In this document: piece by piece, positions 57,073 through 64,000 of the stretch
How positions within the stretch are numbered: position 1 is the first letter of the stretch
Layout: every line of letters begins with the position of its first letter
Assembly: GCA_001794195.1 (NCBI GenBank)
Contig: MGJI01000006.1
Span: 2,650 to 66,649, forward strand
DNA length: 64,000 nucleotides
From: Candidatus Yanofskybacteria bacterium RIFCSPHIGHO2_01_FULL_44_17
GTDB lineage: Bacteria; Patescibacteriota; Minisyncoccia; 2-02-FULL-40-12; IGHO2-01-FULL-4-A
Reading direction: 5' to 3'
Notes under the pieces: generated by a model
The model's input: the letters and a program-made list of their open reading frames with translations, nothing else
The model's database searches: none
Told to the model about the DNA's origin: nothing
Position numbers and translations under genes: made by a program

Positions 57073-57591
57073 ATGCAAAAATTATCATTTAAGGTTTCAG
57101 AAAAGCTAAAATATATCAGGTTAATCGCTTTTGACTTTGATGGGGTTTTCACAAATGGATTATTTATGTTGAGTCAAGATGGCACGGAAAGCATTATTTG
57201 CAATCGAAGAGATAGCTGGGGCCTTAATGAGATGAAACGGTTGGGTATTAAAATGGTTGTAATTAACAAGGGGCTTGATCCTGCCGTGAGTAAGCGTTGT
57301 CAAAAACTGAAACTTGAGTATAAGTACGATGCGACCAAGGATAAACTTTCAATTCTAAAAGATGTGCTGGTACGAGAACAAGTAAAACCAGAATCAGTTC
57401 TTTACGTTGGCGACGACACGATTGATTTGCCGTGTTTAAAATATGCAGGTTTAGCAGTTACCGTGGCTGACGGAGCGTCTGAATGTAAAAAGGCCGCTGA
57501 TTATATCACTGAGAAAAACGGAGGCCAGGGAGCCGTGAGGGAACTTTGTGAATTGATTGTGGTGGCCAAGGGAGGTCTTAGCCGAACATAA
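57073..57591 (+). CDS. HAD-IIIA phosphatase, KdsC-like (start at the internal Met; the ORF-track N-terminal extension overlaps the divergent gene)
   Basis: IRLIAFDFDGVFTNGLF motif I. GDDTIDLP motif III. Confidence 0.7.
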   Translation: MQKLSFKVSEKLKYIRLIAFDFDGVFTNGLFMLSQDGTESIICNRRDSWGLNEMKRLGIKMVVINKGLDPAVSKRCQKLKLEYKYDATKDKLSILKDVLVREQVKPESVLYVGDDTIDLPCLKYAGLAVTVADGASECKKAADYITEKNGGQGAVRELCELIVVAKGGLSRT

Positions 57592-57595
57592 AACC

Positions 57596-58147
57596 ATGAA
57601 AATTTCAAAAAAAAAACTTTTTGAAAAACTCCGTAGTCTAAGATTAATAGGATTTGATTTTGATGGTATTTTTACTGATGCAAAAGTAATTCTTAGCGAG
57701 AACGGCCTTGAGAGTGTTGTTTGCAGTCGACGGGACGGGTTGGGTATAAATGAGCTCCAGCGTCTAGGTATTAAATTAGTCGTTATATCAAAAGAGCCAA
57801 ATAAAATCGTGGCTACCCGCTGCGCTAAATTAAAAATCGAGTGCGCTCACGGGGTTGATCACAAGCTGTCATTATTTAAAAAAATCCTTGACCGAGAGAA
57901 AATTAAACCCAAATACGCGGCTTTTATGGGGGATGACTTTAATGATCTAGAATGTATGCGCTATGCCGGGGTTGCCCTAACAGTCGCTGATGCTTACCAT
58001 TTGAATAAAAAAGTATCCCACTATATTACTCAAAAAAACGGTGGTCACCACGCCATAAGAGAGGTGGCGGATATGGTTGTAGAAGCGCGAGAAGGAAAGA
58101 GGAATCAAAAAGCCGCTTTTAATGCGGCCACACCTCTCATTTTATAA
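57596..58147 (+). CDS. HAD-IIIA phosphatase, KdsC-like (tandem paralog)
   Basis: LRLIGFDFDGIFTDAKV. GDDFNDLE. RBS AAGGGAGG upstream of ATG 57596. Confidence 0.7.
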   Translation: MKISKKKLFEKLRSLRLIGFDFDGIFTDAKVILSENGLESVVCSRRDGLGINELQRLGIKLVVISKEPNKIVATRCAKLKIECAHGVDHKLSLFKKILDREKIKPKYAAFMGDDFNDLECMRYAGVALTVADAYHLNKKVSHYITQKNGGHHAIREVADMVVEAREGKRNQKAAFNAATPLIL

Positions 58148-58171
58148 ACTCGGTAGGGACTTTACTAATTA

Positions 58172-59344
58172 CTACCTCCCTCTGGATAATGTTTTTTGCC
58201 ATGCAGTAGTAAGACCCGCTATCTCATCTGCCGTTGAAGCGAATCGTAGAGCGCGGAGGTGCTCTTTTTTAAAATAAGAACCGAATATCTTCTGACACGC
58301 CTTGAGATTATTGGGAGCAAAACTCTCGTGAGCAATAATAAGTTTTTGGCGTTGTAGACTTGGAAATCCCTTTTTTACTAAATCTTTGTTAATGTGCATA
58401 ACCCTGTGGAATACAGTAAGGAACTTGGCTTGGGTCCCCAGTCCTCCCTGGAAAAACACGGCGACATCAAGGTCTTCACATGATTGAGCATTTCTAGCCT
58501 CAAAACGTCCCGGAAATGTTTTCAGTATGGTTGTTTTGGTTTGTTCAGTAGTTCTCCCTGGCATAAAAGTATAAGCACATGAGACGGCATCTGGCTTTTG
58601 TTCTCGGGCCCTGTGTACTCCTATGGCCGCAGCTTCAGGAACACCATTGGGCCCACCGTTTGTCATAATGGTATGGCCCTGAAGAGCCAAAAGGCATGCT
58701 GTCTCTTGAGCAATTCTTCGCACTTCTTCAGTTGCTTGCTCGCCAGTGCCAGTAATTAGGATGTTTAGCCGCCTTGTGGTTTCGGGTCGGGCGGCGTTTT
58801 GTTTGGCTGTCACTATAAGATCGCAAACCTCACGTACGGCTCCTTCTCCCCCCCCCTTTTGAGTTACATAGCTGGCAATCTTTTTAATATCTTCGATCCC
58901 GTCAGCAACGCATACCGGAACGCCGACGATGTTCATAACGCCAAAGTCACTCATGTCGTCACCGACAAAGCAGACTTCCTGAAGGCTAATTTCCGGAGAT
59001 TCTTTTTGAAGCCACTCTGTCAAACTCATCACCTTGTCTTTAGTCTGAAGGCAGGGAATATTCATCTTTGAGCATCTTGCTTGTACATAGCCGCTTCTTT
59101 GGCCTGTTATCATCACGACCTTCAAATCAATTTCTGGCTTTCTTACCAAATCTATGCCTTGGCCGTCCCTGTGGGAAAAGCGTGCAATTTCTACAACTGA
59201 ATTATGCGGCCTACCCTCATATTGTTGCGAAGATTTAGGGTCCATAATAACGCCGGTTTCAATGTAGGCAGGCGTAAGAACCCCGTCGCAATCTAGGGCT
59301 AGCAACCTAACTCTCCTAAACTTATCCAATAGTTTTTCGTCCAT
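58172..59344 (-). CDS. fusion protein: N-terminal KdsC-like HAD phosphatase + C-terminal LOG/TIGR00730-like Rossmann domain
   Basis: N-terminus LLALDCDGVLTPAYI...VGDDMSDF. C-terminus TNGGPNGVPEAAAIG and FFQGGLGTQAKF resemble the LOG-family GGxGxMEA / PGGxGTxEE motifs. Confidence 0.5.
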   Translation of the reverse strand: MDEKLLDKFRRVRLLALDCDGVLTPAYIETGVIMDPKSSQQYEGRPHNSVVEIARFSHRDGQGIDLVRKPEIDLKVVMITGQRSGYVQARCSKMNIPCLQTKDKVMSLTEWLQKESPEISLQEVCFVGDDMSDFGVMNIVGVPVCVADGIEDIKKIASYVTQKGGGEGAVREVCDLIVTAKQNAARPETTRRLNILITGTGEQATEEVRRIAQETACLLALQGHTIMTNGGPNGVPEAAAIGVHRAREQKPDAVSCAYTFMPGRTTEQTKTTILKTFPGRFEARNAQSCEDLDVAVFFQGGLGTQAKFLTVFHRVMHINKDLVKKGFPSLQRQKLIIAHESFAPNNLKACQKIFGSYFKKEHLRALRFASTADEIAGLTTAWQKTLSRGR

Positions 59345-59501
59345 ATTTTTACTTTTCCTTGAAATTTACAAAAATACCCAAGCCTATAATACATATAACA
59401 ATTATGCTTAAACAAATCAAGATCTTGGTCGGCCATTGCCAAATATGTTCCTTAGTGTATTATTCAATTTGTTAGCACACAAAGTCAAATGAAAACGTTT
59501 T

Positions 59502-60353
59502 GTGTCAACGCACAGAAATAATATGAATAAAAATACGCTAAAACAGTTTGACTTACAGAAACAGATATGTGTTATAACCGGTGGGGCAGGGTTTCTTGGT
59601 GTGCAGCATGCTGAAGCGTTGTTAGATGGCAATGGCAGAGTTGTTCTGATTGACGTAAACCAAGCCAGACTTCAAGAAAAAGTTGTTCAGCTCAAAAAAG
59701 GGTATCCCCGCAGAGTTTGGGGTTATCAGCTGGATATTACTGATGAGGCCGCAGTTAAAAAAGTGGTCAATAAAATTGAAAAAGAAGTCAGGCCGATTGG
59801 AGTTTTAATTAATAATGCTGCCAATAATCCGCAGGTTGGCCAGGGTCAGAAGGATTTTTCTCGACTTGAACTTTTTCCAAAAGATGTTTGGCAAAAGGAT
59901 TTTGACGTTGGCGTTACCGGAGCATTTCTTATGAGTAAATATATAGGTCCCTTAATGGCTGAAAGGGGAGTGGGTGTTATTCTCAACGTTGCTTCAGATT
60001 TGGGTGTAATCGCGCCCGACCAGAGACTTTACAAAAAGGATGGACTCAAAGCGAGCCAGCAGCCGGTAAAGCCGATTACCTATTCTGTTACCAAGCACGC
60101 TCTGATCGGTTTAACCAAATACTTGGCTACTTATTGGGCGGATATGGGCGTTAGAGTAAATTCTATTTCGCCGGGCGGGGTTTATAACAACACTCCAGAG
60201 GATTTTGTTAAAAAACTGACCACTTTGATACCTTTGGGCCGTATGGCCCAAGCGGATGAGTATAAGGCCGCAATTTTATTTTTGTGTTCCGATGCCTCAT
60301 CTTATATGACCGGGGCTAACCTTGTAATTGATGGAGGCAGAACGTGTTGGTAA
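59502..60353 (+). CDS. short-chain dehydrogenase/reductase (SDR)
   Basis: VITGGAGFLGVQHAEAL...NNAA...YSVTKHAL. Confidence 0.8.
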   Translation: MSTHRNNMNKNTLKQFDLQKQICVITGGAGFLGVQHAEALLDGNGRVVLIDVNQARLQEKVVQLKKGYPRRVWGYQLDITDEAAVKKVVNKIEKEVRPIGVLINNAANNPQVGQGQKDFSRLELFPKDVWQKDFDVGVTGAFLMSKYIGPLMAERGVGVILNVASDLGVIAPDQRLYKKDGLKASQQPVKPITYSVTKHALIGLTKYLATYWADMGVRVNSISPGGVYNNTPEDFVKKLTTLIPLGRMAQADEYKAAILFLCSDASSYMTGANLVIDGGRTCW

Positions 60354-60357
60354 GAAA

Positions 60358-61206
60358 ATGAACAAAAAACATTCAACCGGTATAATGCAAGGCAGACTGA
60401 CCCCGCCAAAAGGCAGGGGAATTCAGTTTTTTCCTTTTGATGGTTGGCAGAGTGAGTTCGAAAAAGCCCAAGGCCTGGGCCTAAATGATATAGAATTTAT
60501 TTTTGATCTAGACCAATACGAGAGCAATCCTCTCTGGACAGACGGCGGTGTGTCCGAGATCCAAAGCTTGATTAATAAGAGCGGCGTATTAGTTAATAAT
60601 ATTTGTGGCGACTTCTTTATGCGTCGCCCGTTTTTTAGAGTCGAGGAAAATGTACGAAAAGAAAATGTAGAAGTTTTAAAAAAACTAATTGTTAGCGCGT
60701 CAAATATAGGTGCCAGAAATGTCGAGATACCGATTTTAGACAATTCGTCTCTGAAAACCAAAGAGGAAGAGGACATATTAGTAAGATCCTTAACGGAATG
60801 TTTAGAGACCGCTCGATCTAATAATATTATTCTGTCTGTTGAGGCTGATTTGCCACCGGTAAAACTTCTGAATCTTTTAAAAAAGTTTCCTGGCCATCAA
60901 GTCAAGGTGGTTTATGACAGTGGCAATAGTTCTGGCCTTGGCTATGATCCTTACGAGGAAGTTACTACGCTTGGCGATTTCATAATCAATGCTCACATAA
61001 AGGATAGAGTTTTAGGCGGTGGCACGGTTTCACTGGGCACGGGTTCCGCTGATTTTGATAAATTGTTTACTGGGTTAAAAAAAATAAATTATCAAGGAGC
61101 TTTTACTCTTCAGGCGGCTAGGGGTTCCGATGGTAATGAATCAGAAACCACAAACACATACCTAAACTTTTTGGCGCCATATCTGGCCGGGTTAAGATCC
61201 TACTGA
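60358..61206 (+). CDS. sugar-phosphate isomerase/epimerase, xylose-isomerase-like TIM barrel
   Basis: About 280 aa with alternating beta/alpha pattern, metal-ligand-like E/D/H positions, IINAHIKD. Assignment is moderate. Confidence 0.55.
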   Translation: MNKKHSTGIMQGRLTPPKGRGIQFFPFDGWQSEFEKAQGLGLNDIEFIFDLDQYESNPLWTDGGVSEIQSLINKSGVLVNNICGDFFMRRPFFRVEENVRKENVEVLKKLIVSASNIGARNVEIPILDNSSLKTKEEEDILVRSLTECLETARSNNIILSVEADLPPVKLLNLLKKFPGHQVKVVYDSGNSSGLGYDPYEEVTTLGDFIINAHIKDRVLGGGTVSLGTGSADFDKLFTGLKKINYQGAFTLQAARGSDGNESETTNTYLNFLAPYLAGLRSY

Positions 61207-61237
61207 TTTGTCAGATATTACCAGAAATGATACTTTT

Positions 61238-61261
61238 AAAAGGCACGCAGGTGCCTTTTTT
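61238..61261 (+). terminator. Rho-independent terminator
   Basis: AAAAGGCAC-GCAG-GTGCCTTTTTTT. Confidence 0.75.
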
Positions 61262-61307
61262 GCATACATTTTTGTAATATATTCGTCATACACTAATAGC
61301 CAATTTC

Positions 61308-62108
61308 ATGGTAATTTTAAAAACTGCGTTTAGAAACTGGAATAACTTTCTTTTAAAAAGTAATTTTGTTCGTAGGCTAATATTTGCCCAGCATAAGTTA
61401 TTGCCAATGCCGCTTGGGGTTTTTGATGTTATTTTCCGTTCAGGTTTGCTACGCCGACTTTTTAATTTTTACGGATCGCATGTTGCAAATTTCTCCTACC
61501 TAAGAAGGGGTGGTGACCAGTTAAAATTCTGGTTAAGCAAGGAATCCCTGTATTGGCATTTCTGGCGACAGACGGATACAAACGACGAGATTTTTAAAGA
61601 GATTTTTTCTATAGAACCGATTAAAAACATTTTTAGTAACGGGGGGGGGCTTACGGCCGTGGAACTCGGTTTTGGTATCGGCAAGAATTACGACAAGTTT
61701 TTAAGGCAAAAAAAGTTTACAAAATATATTGCCGTTGAACCCAATCAGTATCTTTGCCACTATGTTGCCAAAAAATTCAGGTCTGATAAAAATTTAGAAG
61801 TTGTTAATCTTTCAGTGGGTGACTTTCTAAGACAAAATAATCGCTTTGACGTTTTGTTTTGTTCCGGTGGAGTTTTTATGTATCTAGACCAGGGAGTAGT
61901 TGATGAACTTTTCAAGCGTATTGGCAGGGCCGGAGTTAGGGCAGTTATAATTTTTAATGAGGGAACGCCCCGCAACGATATTATTAGAGATGACGGGACA
62001 GCCATGTTTAATTTTAAGAACCGTTTGATAGCTGCAGGTTGTGGGAATAAACTGTTTATCGAAAAAGAAAAAGAAGGAGGTATATATAGCTATTTTATTA
62101 TGTGTTAG
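61308..62108 (+). CDS. class I SAM-dependent methyltransferase-like protein
   Basis: Motif I-like TAVELGFGIGKNYDKF. Acidic residue after beta-2 (VEPN). Confidence 0.45.
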   Translation: MVILKTAFRNWNNFLLKSNFVRRLIFAQHKLLPMPLGVFDVIFRSGLLRRLFNFYGSHVANFSYLRRGGDQLKFWLSKESLYWHFWRQTDTNDEIFKEIFSIEPIKNIFSNGGGLTAVELGFGIGKNYDKFLRQKKFTKYIAVEPNQYLCHYVAKKFRSDKNLEVVNLSVGDFLRQNNRFDVLFCSGGVFMYLDQGVVDELFKRIGRAGVRAVIIFNEGTPRNDIIRDDGTAMFNFKNRLIAAGCGNKLFIEKEKEGGIYSYFIMC

Positions 62109-62117
62109 CAGCAAACC

Positions 62118-63299
62118 ATGAGCCATATTTTCCAACCACAAGTTAATAATAAAAAAGACAACATTTTTCGGGTTAAATTGCCCTTCCATTTGCTTGGTGA
62201 TAATACAAGTGAGAATAAAAACACGATTATTTTTTGGGGCGCGGATTTTAAATTTTTGCCGCCGGGGATTCCGGAGGATAAGTTTATTGAACTATCTAAT
62301 AGTTGTCTTGATTTTATTCGTAAGAACTGTCCGGGCTATGAGTTGATATATAAGCTTCATCCGGCAGAAACCGACGAGTATACAAAATTAAATCTGGATG
62401 GGTTTAGCGTAGTTGGCACTGACAATATCGGCGAATTTTATCTTCTCAAAAATATTAATCGGATAAAGTATACCTTTTCGGCGATATCCGGCGCCTGTGT
62501 GTCGGCCCATAAGATGGGCATTCCTTCTTATGTCTTTGTGTCATTATTTGAGCCGCTTTTCAGGCCGGAAACCCTAAAGGGATACAGGGAGTATTTTTCT
62601 CAGTTGCCGAGCGAGTCATTTATTTCCAATTTTGCCGACGGATTTCGAGATTACAAAACAGCCGTAGACATAGACGAGACTTTAAAAAATAATTTTGTGA
62701 GATTATTGAAGGAAAGTCCTGGCAAAGTTTTTTTTATTGCCGATACGCCCGGGTCGTTGGCGGAATTGATTTCCCTGACCAAACTTATAAAAAGTATTTC
62801 TCCCCAACGTCCAGTTGGTCTTTTGGTTTGTCGTCATCATCGCTGGGACGTTATGAATTTTGATGATCTTAAGGCGCATTTCGATTCTATTGATATTTTT
62901 TCAAGAACTTTTTATTCATTAAGGCCCAACAAATTAATAAAAGCCCTGAAAATCGCGCGAGATATCAAAAAGTTTCCGATTAAAAACGGAGATATTTTAA
63001 TCGGCACCACCCACACTTCTTTTGTAGAGGTTTGTTTTATGTCTTATCATAAACATGCCAAGATGTTATGTGTTTTGAGCGAGGTTTCTTTTGATACTGT
63101 ATACGGCCAGCGCGGCAAAAAAATGCTTGCCGAAATACACTATGAAACGCCCCCGTCCAGCCATTTTTATAATTTAATATTTGAACCGCTGCTAGGACTT
63201 TATCGGACAAAATACATGAACGATCCGGGCAAGGTTATGAACTTCCGCTGTTACCAGGAGCCGGTAAATGATATTTATGATCAAATCTATCTCATATAA
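62118..63299 (+). CDS. GT-B-like transferase with HP motif (sialyl/ulosonate-transferase or capsule-synthesis KpsS-like candidate)
   Basis: YELIYKLHPAETDEYTK motif. About 390 aa. Weak assignment. Confidence 0.35.
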   Translation: MSHIFQPQVNNKKDNIFRVKLPFHLLGDNTSENKNTIIFWGADFKFLPPGIPEDKFIELSNSCLDFIRKNCPGYELIYKLHPAETDEYTKLNLDGFSVVGTDNIGEFYLLKNINRIKYTFSAISGACVSAHKMGIPSYVFVSLFEPLFRPETLKGYREYFSQLPSESFISNFADGFRDYKTAVDIDETLKNNFVRLLKESPGKVFFIADTPGSLAELISLTKLIKSISPQRPVGLLVCRHHRWDVMNFDDLKAHFDSIDIFSRTFYSLRPNKLIKALKIARDIKKFPIKNGDILIGTTHTSFVEVCFMSYHKHAKMLCVLSEVSFDTVYGQRGKKMLAEIHYETPPSSHFYNLIFEPLLGLYRTKYMNDPGKVMNFRCYQEPVNDIYDQIYLI

Positions 63300-63301
63300 G
63301 A

Positions 63302-64000
63302 ATGTTTAATGGTATAAAAAAAATAATACGGGCCTACGGTATTTTTAAGCAGGCCTATTCAAAACATAAAAACAAGGTCATTTTGATGACTCTGCTTGGT
63401 TTTGGCAGCGGTTTGATGGGCGGTATCGGTATCGGTGCGATAATCCCTCTTTTTTCCTTTGTAATTAAGGATCGCCCCGAAAATCTGGACCCGATTTCCA
63501 AGATGATCGGCGGCCTTTTTTCTTTGGTCGGGATACAATACCGCCTTCGCTATCTGATAATTTTTATCGGCCTGCTTTTTTTGGTTAAGGCTGTTTTTTC
63601 TTTTTGGGCCAACTACCTCAATTACCGCGCTTCAATTGATTATGAAAGAGAAACGCGCCAGGAAATTTTTGAACACGCAATGAGAGCCGATTGGCCACAC
63701 CTTTTGAAACAAAAAGTCGGCCACCTCTCAATGGTAGTCATGGATAATATTAGTTCAGCGTCCTCTTTGTTGACCAATATCAGCATGATGATTCTCTTCC
63801 TAACAAGCTTGATAATGTACGCAGTTATTGCCCTGAATATTTCACCTAAAATAACCTTGCTTACTTTCGCAATCGGTTTTTTGCTTTTCATTTTCCTGCG
63901 GCCGCTTTTTAAAAGAATACGGCAGGTTTCATATGAGAGTGTTGGTGTATCTAAAGATGCCACGCATTATCTCAACCAGCATATTATTGGAGCCAAAACG
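63302..64000 (+). CDS. ABC exporter, transmembrane domain (3' partial, runs off the window)
   Basis: ATG at 63302 immediately after the upstream stop. Six-helix type-I exporter TMD pattern (MsbA-like). No stop before the window end. Confidence 0.65.
   Translation, partial: MFNGIKKIIRAYGIFKQAYSKHKNKVILMTLLGFGSGLMGGIGIGAIIPLFSFVIKDRPENLDPISKMIGGLFSLVGIQYRLRYLIIFIGLLFLVKAVFSFWANYLNYRASIDYERETRQEIFEHAMRADWPHLLKQKVGHLSMVVMDNISSASSLLTNISMMILFLTSLIMYAVIALNISPKITLLTFAIGFLLFIFLRPLFKRIRQVSYESVGVSKDATHYLNQHIIGAKT

Overview
This 64-kb window comes from an AT-rich bacterial genome (roughly 40% GC by eye) and is dominated by a very large glycan-biosynthesis and surface-glycosylation island. The gene content, with many GT-C membrane glycosyltransferases, short overlapping genes and nucleotide-salvage-type kinases, is compatible with an uncultivated Patescibacteria/CPR-like organism, but that is inference.

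Main coding content:
- At least seven GT4/GT-B glycosyltransferases and three GT2 polyprenyl-phosphate sugar synthases (one fused to a SAM methyltransferase).
- At least five polytopic GT-C-type membrane proteins and a GtrA-like flippase.
- A nucleotide-sugar tailoring operon: FdtA-like cupin ketoisomerase, Rossmann reductase, TylCIII-like sugar C-methyltransferase, SDR, DegT/DnrJ aminotransferase and an ALS/YerE-like TPP enzyme.
- A nonulosonic/ulosonic-acid-type module: NeuB-like synthase, NeuA-like cytidylyltransferase, KdsC-like HAD phosphatases, GmhA-like SIS isomerase, and two HP-motif GT-B transferase candidates.
- A B12-binding radical SAM enzyme and several secreted/surface proteins (beta-helix plus lipase, PT-linker plus SH3b).

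Non-coding and mobile content I could read directly from the sequence:
1. A 46-bp perfect-hairpin palindromic element sits in-frame at the homologous position of two divergent GT4 genes. It has a compensatory stem change between copies and AAYGG flanks.
2. A family of about 160-230 bp highly structured intergenic elements occurs in three copies. The outer and inner stems covary between copies, and two copies bracket a 5.8-kb gene cassette.
3. An intact IS200/IS605-type HUH Y1-transposase element has matching subterminal hairpins. A diverged duplicate of the neighbouring gene's 3' end lies on its far side.
4. A GC-rich single-gene island (foreign codon usage) lies behind a perfect sigma70 consensus promoter and a structured leader, with a strong terminator after it.
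5. Heptanucleotide tandem repeats occur inside GT genes.
6. There is an unusual locus with four KdsC-like HAD domains, two tandem P-loop (dNK/NMP-kinase-like) kinases and a HAD-LOG fusion.

I found no rRNA, tRNA or CRISPR array.
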